Below, piece after piece: positions 20,539-30,257 of a DNA stretch of 64,000 bases. The notes beneath the pieces were generated by a model, which did not search any database, was not told the DNA's origin, and saw nothing but the letters and a program-made list of their open reading frames with translations. The DNA is taken from the IMG/VR virus record IMGVR_UViG_3300028827_000100, positions 32,001 to 96,000 of that record; one strand, given 5' to 3'. The position numbers and the translations under genes were made by a program. Origin of the DNA: a virus. Numbering within the stretch: the first letter of the stretch is position 1; each line of letters starts with the position of its first letter.

Positions 20539-20769
20539 ATGGCAGAAAAGAAGAAATCTTATGTTGCAGACATTGAGGTTGTTCTCGATGCTGCCGAAAC
20601 AATATGTAAGCATATTGACAAAGCCGCTTCGAGAATTGAAAAACTGAAGAAGGTAGACCCTGTAGTTAAGCGCAACATACTGGAGCTGAAAAAGAGGTTG
20701 TATACGAAGTATCAGGTGCATTCAGTTGTCTCTGTTATAAGAGAGACTTTAGAAGCGATAAGAGATTAA
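20539..20769 (+). CDS. Small helical hypothetical protein
   Basis: AGGAGG SD. Confidence 0.6.
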   Translation: MAEKKKSYVADIEVVLDAAETICKHIDKAASRIEKLKKVDPVVKRNILELKKRLYTKYQVHSVVSVIRETLEAIRD

Positions 20770-20799
20770 TCGCTTCCTTACCCCTCTCTCGTACCGCTC

Positions 20800-20833
20800 G
20801 GTGGGGTCTAAAAGACCCCACCACCTTTTTTTT
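20800..20833 (+). terminator. Rho-independent terminator
   Basis: GGTGGGGTCT-AAA-AGACCCCACC, then ACC and T8. Confidence 0.85.
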
Positions 20834-20883
20834 AGGGGAATGCCTGTTTTTAACGGGTAAAAGGAAAAAGGACGGAGGTTAAG

Positions 20884-21561
20884 GTGATGGACACGACAAG
20901 TTTCAGGGAAAGGGCAAGGATTAACATCGATCAGTATTTTAATCAGCAGGATTCTGTAATAGTTGTTAACAGAACGGAGCCGCTTGGAATTGTTTCAATT
21001 GCTTTGGGGGAAAAGGGCGATATGTCTTACACCCTTTTGAAGACAAGTGATCCAGTTGTGATAACGGATTATGTTCCGAAAAAACACGTTGTTGAGTCTG
21101 CAAATTTCAGAAGTATGGTACAGAGGGGTATAATAGAATTAATGACGCTTGACGAGTATGAAAAGTGGCTGGACGCAAATCCGGGCAGGGTTGAACAGAT
21201 AAGGAAGGAAATGAATATTTTAACGTCCCGTGCCACAATTTCAGATGAGACACCGGCTTCTCTTGAAGAAACGAGTGAGGCGGTGGACGAAAGCAACGCC
21301 AATATAAGCCCACGCATAATTCAGTTGATGCATGGTCTTGCGGCGGGAGATGAAAGGTCTCCTTCAGAAGAATCGGTTATTCAGGAATTGCAAAGCATGA
21401 ATATGTCACAGGAAGAAAAAGCATATGTTCTTACTCATGCTGTCGGGAAAGTGAAAAATTGGATAGTGGGAATTATATATGGCGAGGCCGCTGAAAGCAA
21501 AGAAGATGGTGAAGTGAAGAAAAAGAAAATAAAGAAGATAAAGAAGGTGAGAAGAAGTTAA
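20884..21561 (+). CDS. Hypothetical protein (neck operon)
   Basis: GGAGG SD; Lys-rich C-terminus. Confidence 0.6.
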   Translation: MMDTTSFRERARINIDQYFNQQDSVIVVNRTEPLGIVSIALGEKGDMSYTLLKTSDPVVITDYVPKKHVVESANFRSMVQRGIIELMTLDEYEKWLDANPGRVEQIRKEMNILTSRATISDETPASLEETSEAVDESNANISPRIIQLMHGLAAGDERSPSEESVIQELQSMNMSQEEKAYVLTHAVGKVKNWIVGIIYGEAAESKEDGEVKKKKIKKIKKVRRS

Positions 21562-21582
21562 AAGAGATTTGGGGGTGATTTA

Positions 21583-22422
21583 ATGATAGATGTTGGCTGT
21601 CCGAAGTTTGATATATTGAGAAACAATACCAACCTTGCAGGTATGCAGATGGGTTTTGTCAATTCTGAAACGAGATTGACGGTACAGGTTCTTGATGACA
21701 ACGGACAGCCGCATCAGCCCCCGGCTGGTGTTGAGCTGAAACTGTTTAATCAGGACGGGGGTGAGATAGAGACGAGTGGGCCTCCACAATATGATTCCAA
21801 CGGTCAATACTACTATTATGATTATACGCCTGAATTTGTTGGAACAACTTTGTTCAGATGGAAAAACAACGACAACAGTGACTACGGACTTCAAATGTTG
21901 TTGTCGATAGATGCGAAGATACAGTATTTTATGTTTTTGCTGAAAGGCATAATAGATAAATCCATGAAGGACAGTACGAAAACATATGGGTATACGGACG
22001 CTGATTTGTTTATGTACATAGTCAATGGTATAGCATACTTCAATGTTATACCGCCGCCGACCGCTTTTTACATTTCAAATATTCCCAATTATTTACAGGG
22101 GATAATAATAGATATTGCAACTTTGTTTGCCGTTCAGGCGCAAAGTATGTATGCAATAGACACGGACGTTATTTACAACGATCAGGGTATAAGCCTTACC
22201 ATAGACCATTTTAACAAACTTGGCTCTGTGTATAACAATTTGTATACAAGGGTTACTGAAAACGCAAAGAAAATAAAATGGACTATGATGAGGTCAAGAG
22301 CACTTGTTGCTTATAATCCACAAAGGTCGAGAGGTTTCATGTTTTCACAGATAGTAACGTCAGGATTCCCATTTATGGGAATTTATGGTGGTGTTGACGG
22401 CTCGATAATATTCAGGGGTTGA
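21583..22422 (+). CDS. Putative head-tail adaptor (neck) protein
   Basis: Ig-like N-terminus plus helical YTDADLFMYI...FNVIPP...YNDQGISL; position after the capsid gene. Confidence 0.6.
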   Translation: MIDVGCPKFDILRNNTNLAGMQMGFVNSETRLTVQVLDDNGQPHQPPAGVELKLFNQDGGEIETSGPPQYDSNGQYYYYDYTPEFVGTTLFRWKNNDNSDYGLQMLLSIDAKIQYFMFLLKGIIDKSMKDSTKTYGYTDADLFMYIVNGIAYFNVIPPPTAFYISNIPNYLQGIIIDIATLFAVQAQSMYAIDTDVIYNDQGISLTIDHFNKLGSVYNNLYTRVTENAKKIKWTMMRSRALVAYNPQRSRGFMFSQIVTSGFPFMGIYGGVDGSIIFRG

Positions 22423-22423
22423 T

Positions 22424-23320
22424 ATGGGACACAGACCTTTCAGAAACATAGACCCGTGCCCGTCTGAATCTACAAGTTGGTGGAGTGGGAAAGATACCCC
22501 ATCGATAAGAGACAGATTTTTGTCTTTTAATTCGTTTGACAAAATAAGAGGGATGCAGGAAGAGCTTTTAAATGCCGGTGGCAAAAAGTGCCATGTATGG
22601 TTTAGAGTTTATACGCATGGAAGCTGTACCTGTGTTGAAGAGGATGGGCAGGCAAAATCAAATCACCCTGTTTGTTATGGAACAGGTTTTATAGGTGGAT
22701 ATGAAAAGTATGGGTATGATACCTTTGTCGTTTACAGGAAAGATTCAAATACATTGAGGGTTGTAGGTGATGGTGTTGATGAGACAGTGCCGATATTGAG
22801 CAATCAGGTTGAGTTTGACTGGATTCAGGCAAAGGACGAATACGGTGGAGACGTTGAATACAAGCTGGAAGGTAAAAGGAGCAGGGCAACTGTTGAGTTT
22901 TCATCTAACGGAGTTGACTGGAGCGGAACGTTGACATTTCCAGTTCAGACAGGACAGTTTAAGGTCAGGATTACTTCCATAGATGGTTTTCTTGAGTCGT
23001 TGCGCTTCAGGGTCAAAAAGGTCGATGATGTTTTCATAAGGTTGTCGGAAAATCCTCCAAGAAGACTTGAACAATTGTTGCGGGAAGGTTTAATTCAGGA
23101 GCCTTTTGACATTAGGGCATGGACAATATCGAGAGATTTTATAATTACGAGTGGAGATATAATAGAGTGGATTGAGGGTGTGTGGACGGGAGAGAGATAC
23201 ATAGCCACAACATTAACACAGTCTCAATTTGTTTTGGATGCTGAACAGTCCTCATTTCTTACACAAATTCTCGGAATGAGAAAGATAAGGAGTGTTGAAC
23301 AATTGTACAGGGTGTGGTGA
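22424..23320 (+). CDS. Putative head closure/neck protein
   Basis: CTC...VCYGTGFIGGY motif typical of myovirus neck proteins. Confidence 0.6.
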   Translation: MGHRPFRNIDPCPSESTSWWSGKDTPSIRDRFLSFNSFDKIRGMQEELLNAGGKKCHVWFRVYTHGSCTCVEEDGQAKSNHPVCYGTGFIGGYEKYGYDTFVVYRKDSNTLRVVGDGVDETVPILSNQVEFDWIQAKDEYGGDVEYKLEGKRSRATVEFSSNGVDWSGTLTFPVQTGQFKVRITSIDGFLESLRFRVKKVDDVFIRLSENPPRRLEQLLREGLIQEPFDIRAWTISRDFIITSGDIIEWIEGVWTGERYIATTLTQSQFVLDAEQSSFLTQILGMRKIRSVEQLYRVW

Positions 23321-23321
23321 A

Positions 23322-24197
23322 ATGTTCAAGTATGAAAGATTTATAGATGTTGCAGATGCAATAATAAAAAAAGATTTTGAGTATTGGTTTAACAATCTTG
23401 CCGCAGAAGATGTAACATTTGCTTATGAGTACATAAATCAGTATGACGATGGAAATTTTAAAATATCAAATATATTTGCTTCACAACAGGCAACATTGCC
23501 GTATGTGACATTTGAATTGAGAGACCTTTCGGAAAGCGTTGTGGATTTTAGCGGGAATATGCTTGGCAGAGTGGGTATAGTCGAATTTGATTTTGAAGGC
23601 CCCGTTTACAATCTTGACGGAGCCGTGTGGGCATTTACAAGTAAAAGGTATGGCAGGAAGTACGTGGTTGACTTTCCATCTGTTCTGTTTGATGATCCGA
23701 CAAGTGTTCCGCTTTCACATTTTACATCTGTTATATTGCCGCAGTTACCTGCTAATGCAATGTTGTTTGAGAACGGTGATACTGTAAAAATAATATTCGT
23801 GAATGATGTAATAACGGTTGAGTCTGATTTCCTTGGAGTTGTGGCGGGTGAATATGAGGGAGTGTGGCGTTCGTACAGACACAGAATTTACAATGCCAAT
23901 TTGCTCGTAAATATAGGTGCGGAGTCATACAAGACGAGAGAACAGCTTGAAGATATTGTATTGATATACTTCAAAAGGGTCAGGGATGAGAAAAGATCGC
24001 TTGGCTCTATTGAAGACATGGTTGTTGTAAACCTGTCTTCAGAGTTTAATATAACTGGAAGGAATGAAATATCTTTTGGGGCATCGGATATGTTAAGCCT
24101 TCTGTATTCTTCTTCCGTAAGCGGGAAAGTTATTATAGAAGGAACGGATATAGAAGGAGTTGAGTTGAAAAAGGTAACTGGTATAACACCACTGTAA
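23322..24197 (+). CDS. Putative tail completion/terminator protein
   Basis: Immediately before the sheath gene; LPYVTF...NIGAESYKTREQL pattern; start moved to ATG 23322. Confidence 0.55.
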   Translation: MFKYERFIDVADAIIKKDFEYWFNNLAAEDVTFAYEYINQYDDGNFKISNIFASQQATLPYVTFELRDLSESVVDFSGNMLGRVGIVEFDFEGPVYNLDGAVWAFTSKRYGRKYVVDFPSVLFDDPTSVPLSHFTSVILPQLPANAMLFENGDTVKIIFVNDVITVESDFLGVVAGEYEGVWRSYRHRIYNANLLVNIGAESYKTREQLEDIVLIYFKRVRDEKRSLGSIEDMVVVNLSSEFNITGRNEISFGASDMLSLLYSSSVSGKVIIEGTDIEGVELKKVTGITPL

Positions 24198-24209
24198 GGA
24201 GGTAAGAAA

Positions 24210-26222
24210 ATGCCATATGTAAAACCTGGAGTTTATATTCGACAGAAATATGTACCTACAAGTTCCACACCCGGCGTTTTTCTGATTCCGTGCATAATAG
24301 GAAAAGGTCTTGAAGACAAGAGGGTGTGGGGTGAAGAAATAGTGCGTGGTCAGATAAGGGAAACGATAACAGTCGATCCCAACACTGGAGCATTTACAAT
24401 ATCCGGTGGGCAGAGTGACCAGTTGAATCAGCACACCACCCTGATAAGAGATGGTGTTGACCTTGGGCATGATGCTGTTACATGGACGAGTGCTACAGGC
24501 GGTAATGTGAAGATGGAATATGTAATTGCCGGTTCAGTATATGAAATTGTCTATCTTGCCATTGATACAACATCGGACAAGCTGAACAACAATGCTAACA
24601 GGGTACATTTTGTGGCTTCAACGCCGGACGGTTCTTCTCAATATGAGAGAGGAGTTGACTATTCATGGTCTGAAAGTACACCGGATGAAATAGACTGGAG
24701 TATATTGCAGGAAGCAAAAATAATCGGCAATGCTGAAACTTACGACTTGTCTGCAAATGACACTGTGAAAATTTCCGTGGATGGCAAAACACCTATTGAG
24801 GTTACAATAGTTGGTGCAACTCAATCCGCAGTAACGGCGGCTGAAGTTGCGACAGCGATAAATGGAGCGGCACAGACGGCATGGGGGAGTGCTTACTCAA
24901 ATATAGCTGTTGACAATGCCGGGACGATAGAATTGCACAGTGTGCAAAAGGGGTTGAATGGCAGAATTAATCTGTACGTTCCTTCTGCAAACGATGCAAC
25001 ACAGATAATTTTCAATGTTACCGCTCCATCTTACGCAACCGGAACTGGTCAGATGCCAGCACTTGGTGAATCTTACTATGTGAGGTATGATTATGACAGG
25101 GATGATGTTGAATATAACAACATGACACTCTATTACAGTTATTCTGATGCTCTTGATGCCCTTGGCCCAATGAAGCCCGGAAATGATTTGCTGATAGCTG
25201 TTGAAAGTGCGTTTCAGAATGGTGCACCGATAGTTGGCGTCATACAGGTGAAGGATGCAGACGGAGACGGTCTGTATATGGATTCGGACTGGTTCACTGC
25301 AATAGACGAGCTTGACAATGCAAGGGAGGTTACAGACGTTGTTCTTCTGTCTCACGATCAGGAAGTTAAGGCGTATCTTGTCAGGAAGATAGAGGACAGG
25401 GCTTCACAGCTTGTGGGGCATCATATGGCTGGATGGTTTGGGATGCCAGCAAACAGCAACATTGGAAACATAGATACTCCCGATACTGCCATATATGTTT
25501 CGCAAAAAACCTTGCAGGTATCAGCACAGAGTCAGGGTAGGGGCAGGTATATCAATGTATTTGTTCTTACAACCGGCGATTATGATTTTTCTGGTATAAA
25601 CAAGGAGATAGTAGATACTGATTCGAGAGTGACATTTACAGTTACACTTGGGACTGAATATGTTGCCGCCGCACTTGCAGGGTTGCAGGCAAGTTTCAAT
25701 CCGATAAGTGAATCGCTGTTAAGGCGTTCAATAGTCGGGTTTGACACAAGCAATATAATAGAGCATGATACAAAAGCGTCGTATGCTACTGCAAATGGGG
25801 TGTTTGTTTTGCAGAACATCGGTGGAAGGCTTGTTGTGTTTGACCCTGTTACAACTGATACGGGTGGTGACGAAGTTTTTTCAGAGCCGAGCGTAAGAGT
25901 CCAGAAGGACTATCTTGCTGGAAGAATAAAAAACAGGCTTGACCAGTACGTTGTCAGTGTTGTGCCGGACAATCTTGACGATTTTCTTTTTGAAATAAAG
26001 TATCACATAGCAATAGAGATAAATGCCGCTATTGTTGGGAGGGCCATAGCACCGTATACAGACGACAACAACGTTGCAAGGCCACTTGACCTCGTTAGCG
26101 ACATAAAGGTTTACAAATTTCCTACCTCAAATACCGAATACGGGTTTGTGTACTGGTTTCAGCCGAGATGGGTTTCCAAGAAGATTTTTGGTGAGTATGT
26201 CGTTGCACAACCTTTAATGTAA
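24210..26222 (+). CDS. Contractile tail sheath protein
   Basis: N-terminal PYVKPGVYI, AFQNGA, VAAALAG; 670 aa; precedes the tube gene. Confidence 0.9.
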   Translation: MPYVKPGVYIRQKYVPTSSTPGVFLIPCIIGKGLEDKRVWGEEIVRGQIRETITVDPNTGAFTISGGQSDQLNQHTTLIRDGVDLGHDAVTWTSATGGNVKMEYVIAGSVYEIVYLAIDTTSDKLNNNANRVHFVASTPDGSSQYERGVDYSWSESTPDEIDWSILQEAKIIGNAETYDLSANDTVKISVDGKTPIEVTIVGATQSAVTAAEVATAINGAAQTAWGSAYSNIAVDNAGTIELHSVQKGLNGRINLYVPSANDATQIIFNVTAPSYATGTGQMPALGESYYVRYDYDRDDVEYNNMTLYYSYSDALDALGPMKPGNDLLIAVESAFQNGAPIVGVIQVKDADGDGLYMDSDWFTAIDELDNAREVTDVVLLSHDQEVKAYLVRKIEDRASQLVGHHMAGWFGMPANSNIGNIDTPDTAIYVSQKTLQVSAQSQGRGRYINVFVLTTGDYDFSGINKEIVDTDSRVTFTVTLGTEYVAAALAGLQASFNPISESLLRRSIVGFDTSNIIEHDTKASYATANGVFVLQNIGGRLVVFDPVTTDTGGDEVFSEPSVRVQKDYLAGRIKNRLDQYVVSVVPDNLDDFLFEIKYHIAIEINAAIVGRAIAPYTDDNNVARPLDLVSDIKVYKFPTSNTEYGFVYWFQPRWVSKKIFGEYVVAQPLM

Positions 26223-26247
26223 AAAATGAAACTGGAGGTATTGTACT

Positions 26248-26700
26248 ATGGCTAAAATACCAAACACTAAAGTAAGAACAGGACATGCTGTTGCTATCAG
26301 GGTGCGTGGTGTTACGATAGGGTTTATAACTTCGTGGGCATACAATCTCAACAGGGACATATCGGCTGTTTACGAACTCAATCCGCAGACGAGTGGAGAG
26401 CCCGTGGAGAATGTTCCCGGCAACGTGACCAATTTGACAATATCAGTCCAACGTGCCGACCTGTATATATCAAAGATGGAAGAAGCATTTGGCGGTCAGG
26501 ACATATCAATGCTTTCAGACCAAAGCATTCCGTTTGAAGTGTATGAAGTATGGAACAATCCAGACGGGACGAGAGAAATGTATGTGTACACTGATTGCTG
26601 GTTTAGCAGGATAGGCAGGCGTATAGAATCAACAGGTGACAGGGTTGTTAGGGCTGATGCTGAAATCACTTATGTGAGAAGGGTAAAAGTAAGCAGTTAG
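26248..26700 (+). CDS. Tail tube protein
   Basis: 150 aa after the sheath; IG.I.S..Y......VYE...VPG and YTDCWF motifs. Confidence 0.85.
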   Translation: MAKIPNTKVRTGHAVAIRVRGVTIGFITSWAYNLNRDISAVYELNPQTSGEPVENVPGNVTNLTISVQRADLYISKMEEAFGGQDISMLSDQSIPFEVYEVWNNPDGTREMYVYTDCWFSRIGRRIESTGDRVVRADAEITYVRRVKVSS

Positions 26701-26713
26701 TGGAGGTATTTAG

Positions 26714-27355
26714 ATGAATAAAATTGCCTATATCAAATACAGGGTGGCTAAAATAAGAAATGCTGATGACGAAGAAAACAAGTCAGAACTTGTAATAGAT
26801 TTTCTTGTTGATGTTATGGGTTCAGACGACCTTGAAGAGGCAAAAAATCAGCTCGAAGCATTACAGGAAACAAACATCATATACGAAGAAGAGGCGCAGG
26901 AAGTCCTTGATAAAATTAAGGATATACATGAAGAGGTTGCTGAAGAAATAGCAGAAGAAGATACTGGATTTGAATTTGAGCCGCCGGAAGCAGGTGGTGA
27001 AGAAGGCCCAGAAAATCAGACACCGGAAGAAGAAATATTCATACCCAAAATAGAACTTTCTGCAAGTGTGAAAAGAAATGTTGAATACATAAATGCTGAA
27101 TTGTTTGATGGCGACGGCATTGTTGAGTATCTTATCAAGGGTGGGGGTAGACCCATGAGGTTGAGGCCGATGAATATAACGGATCAGACATGGAGTCATT
27201 TTCTGGACTGGATGAAACAGGAAGGTTTTGAAACAATAGAGGAGTTTAAGAGTGCTGTCGTCAGCAATCCAGAACTGCTTGACAGGGCAATGGCTAAAAT
27301 AAAGGAAATAAAAAGGAGGGTTATGGCTGATACGGAGTTGGCATATGGTGTTTAA
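26714..27355 (+). CDS. Acidic hypothetical protein between tube and chaperone
   Basis: GGAGG SD; Glu-rich central linker. Confidence 0.6.
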   Translation: MNKIAYIKYRVAKIRNADDEENKSELVIDFLVDVMGSDDLEEAKNQLEALQETNIIYEEEAQEVLDKIKDIHEEVAEEIAEEDTGFEFEPPEAGGEEGPENQTPEEEIFIPKIELSASVKRNVEYINAELFDGDGIVEYLIKGGGRPMRLRPMNITDQTWSHFLDWMKQEGFETIEEFKSAVVSNPELLDRAMAKIKEIKRRVMADTELAYGV

Positions 27356-27376
27356 AAAGGTGAAAGGGGTGAAGGT

Positions 27377-27823
27377 ATGAGAAATGATATTATTGATTCG
27401 ATTAAAAAAACATTTTGGGAGGGTTCGGAATCAAAGGAGGTCGTGCTTGCCGGAAAAACTTGGACGCTAAAATCCCTGAACAATTCAGAACAGGTATTCA
27501 GGGACAGATTTATTCCCGCCTCTGCAACAGCGTCTTTCTTGTCAGCAAGGAAGGCTCCTACCGTTGCATTAGCAATTTCTCACATTGACGGAGTACCAGT
27601 TGAAGAAGTGTTTGGTGACAGCGATGAAACAAAAGACGAAGTGGTAACCGAATTATTGAAGACAACCGGACTTGCAAAAGAAAAAAGATTTATTATTGCA
27701 GAGAGAGTTCTTGAGTTTTTGAATGAGTTGCCGCCAGAAGTTGTGGATACCCTGTACGGAGAGTATGTTGAGATAGAAAACAACAGGCGCAAAGCACTTG
27801 ATGAGATATTGAAAAAAAAATAG
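27377..27823 (+). CDS. Tail assembly chaperone (G-like)
   Basis: Between tube and tape measure; LAISHIDG...L...P..VVD.LY.EY pattern; ends in an A9 run. Confidence 0.75.
   Translation: MRNDIIDSIKKTFWEGSESKEVVLAGKTWTLKSLNNSEQVFRDRFIPASATASFLSARKAPTVALAISHIDGVPVEEVFGDSDETKDEVVTELLKTTGLAKEKRFIIAERVLEFLNELPPEVVDTLYGEYVEIENNRRKALDEILKKK
27811..27823 (+). other. Programmed -1 frameshift site G AAA AAA AAA TAG
   Basis: The -1 frame opens after TGA 27802-27804 and runs without a stop to 28188. Confidence 0.75.
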
Positions 27824-28188
27824 ATGATACGGACGAAATTGAAGATGTAAAGACGAGAGTATTGCTTGAACTTGGATTGACACCAAACGATCCTCGTGTG
27901 GCTGAATTTACGGATGTTCACTGGTTCATATATTATCGTGCAATAATGAAGCGTGAGCATGAAAGATTTAATATGCTTAAAGAACTCATTGTTGGTTTGC
28001 TTGGGTTAAAAATACCGGCGACCGATTCCGTTTTACCTTTGTCGTATTTTATTGCACCTGAATTTTTCAGGTCTTTGATGGAAGAAGAAAGAGTAATATA
28101 TGAAAGTGACGTTGTAGATATGGATGACAGTGAAAGAATGCAGGTTCTTGACGAACTTGATAAACAACTTGAAGAGAAAGGGATTTAA
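27820..28188 (+). CDS. Frameshift extension of the tail assembly chaperone (T-like segment)
   Basis: Open -1 frame IDDTDEIEDVKTRVLLELGLTP...; no convincing SD/ATG of its own. Confidence 0.7.
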   Translation: MDDTDEIEDVKTRVLLELGLTPNDPRVAEFTDVHWFIYYRAIMKREHERFNMLKELIVGLLGLKIPATDSVLPLSYFIAPEFFRSLMEEERVIYESDVVDMDDSERMQVLDELDKQLEEKGI

Positions 28189-28190
28189 AG

Positions 28191-30257
28191 ATGCCGGAAG
28201 AAGGTGGTCAGATAATAGGTGGTTCAAAATATGGTTCGCCACAGGAACAGGCACAGGAGAGCAGGGAATATCAGGAAGCTGTAAAGTTTGCAAGGGAATT
28301 TGCTGAACAGAGGCGTTCGTTTGAAGAACTGTCGAGCAACCTTGGAAATCTTGCAAATACAATGAGGGAGTTTGTTGCTGAATACAGAGATGCAAGTAAA
28401 AATCTCGACGATACAATAAAGAGCACTGCAAGGAATCTTGATGAGGCTGTAAAGAATGTAAAAGACAGTATAGCCAAGAGTGCGGAAGAGTTTGCGCATG
28501 GACTTATTGCGCCAGCAGAAGAAGCCAGAAGACAGGCTGGGGTTCTTGGTGGCGTCATAGACAAAATAAGAGAAGGGATAGAAGGATTACCCTTTGGCAA
28601 GGCTGTTGTGATGGCGGGTCTTGTTGCAACGAGCGCAGGGCTGATAAGACTTGCTATAGAGTCAAATGCCCAAAAAGCCCTTGCATCGATAAGGCAGTTT
28701 ACAAGCGGCGTTGACATGGAGACGGAGGGCTTGAAGGAGGGGATTTCTTCTGTTGCGGATGAATGGAATGAAGATTGGTCTGTAATATCTGAATATTTCG
28801 GGAAAATAGGAACTGCATTAAGGGTTAATTTTAAGGAGTATGGCACGGCGTATCTTGAAGCATTTACTGATGAGATATTTTCTCTTTCTGTATCTACAGG
28901 TCTTGCAAGAGATGAGATAATATCTGATTTTGAGGATATAAGCAAATATGCTTGGGATGCGGCAGACTCTTTTGGTGGAATAGCAACATCGGCAGAAATT
29001 TTATACACAGTAGGAAAAACAAGTGCTATGGGAATAGAGATGTTCAAGGGGACTTTGATGTCGGCCCTTGAACCGATGAAAATGTATGCCCTCACACAGG
29101 AAAATATAGTTGAGGGTGCATTAAGAATGAGGGGTCTTGAAGAAATATTCGGAGGTATGGAGGGCGGTATTGCAGGATTTCAGGGGGTTATGAAGAACAT
29201 AACCTCTATTGAATCAATGATAACATCAAGTCCGGGATGGATGATGCTGTTAACCGGAAATATTCCTGAAACAGGTGGAACGAGAGAATTATGGGGTGCC
29301 ATGACTGAAGCCGCAAATGCTCTTAAAGGAGAAGGTGGCGGCGGCATATTTATAAAATACATAGACAAATTGAGTGAATATGCGGCATCACAGGCAGATT
29401 TAAATTTGATGCTGTTTGAACAGTTTGGTGGCAACATAGAGGCAATTGAAATGATAAATACAATGTTTAAGGATTTGGACAGATTGCGGAGTGTTCTTGC
29501 CGGTGTTGACAACTCAAACAAATTGTTGAGTGAGTCATTGACGACAGATAAATTCAGGGAAGCGCTGGTACAGGCTGGTCTTGAGAAAAGAAAAATAGAT
29601 GAAGCCGTAACTCTCTACAAAGAGATGATGGAGAATCAGAAAAAACTGTTTGAAAATCTCCAGAATCCACTTGAGAGATTGCGTAACATAGCAGAAAACA
29701 AACTGAAAGAAATACTCGATGCTATAGGCCAACTTTCAGGTGGAACTATAAATTTACTTACGAGCCTTGTTACCGGGTTGCAGACGCTTATTGCGACAGT
29801 TGCTATAGGACTTGACAAGTTTGGAATAACAGAGGATGTGTTTGAGAAGGTTACAGGAGTTGGTATTAAAAATGCTGAAAGATTCTTTTCAGCAGTTGCG
29901 GCAAGATTCGGATATTCGGTAGACCAATTCACATCGGGTCTTGAAGAAGTTGCGAACCTGCCGGAAAAAATAGGTGGTGCGGCAGGCAAGATAGCGGGAA
30001 ACATACTTGAATCTCTTGGGGTTGCTCCTGTAGTTATAAGAGGTGAAAAGGATATAGATTTGATAGAAAGGCTCGTGAAAAAGCAGGTTGCGAGGAGGGA
30101 GGCAAAAGACCTCGTTATACCCTCTGCATACTCTTACGATGTTGAAAGTACAACATTTACATACAAGCCACATGCTATAGATATAAATTTGAGACTAACA
30201 CCAAAGACAATTGAATATTTAAACTACATTAACGAGGTAAATCATGGCGGACGTTAA
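28191..30257 (+). CDS. Tape measure protein
   Basis: Follows the chaperone; Ala/Gly/Glu-rich helical sequence with hydrophobic stretches; 688 aa. Confidence 0.75.
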   Translation: MPEEGGQIIGGSKYGSPQEQAQESREYQEAVKFAREFAEQRRSFEELSSNLGNLANTMREFVAEYRDASKNLDDTIKSTARNLDEAVKNVKDSIAKSAEEFAHGLIAPAEEARRQAGVLGGVIDKIREGIEGLPFGKAVVMAGLVATSAGLIRLAIESNAQKALASIRQFTSGVDMETEGLKEGISSVADEWNEDWSVISEYFGKIGTALRVNFKEYGTAYLEAFTDEIFSLSVSTGLARDEIISDFEDISKYAWDAADSFGGIATSAEILYTVGKTSAMGIEMFKGTLMSALEPMKMYALTQENIVEGALRMRGLEEIFGGMEGGIAGFQGVMKNITSIESMITSSPGWMMLLTGNIPETGGTRELWGAMTEAANALKGEGGGGIFIKYIDKLSEYAASQADLNLMLFEQFGGNIEAIEMINTMFKDLDRLRSVLAGVDNSNKLLSESLTTDKFREALVQAGLEKRKIDEAVTLYKEMMENQKKLFENLQNPLERLRNIAENKLKEILDAIGQLSGGTINLLTSLVTGLQTLIATVAIGLDKFGITEDVFEKVTGVGIKNAERFFSAVAARFGYSVDQFTSGLEEVANLPEKIGGAAGKIAGNILESLGVAPVVIRGEKDIDLIERLVKKQVARREAKDLVIPSAYSYDVESTTFTYKPHAIDINLRLTPKTIEYLNYINEVNHGGR

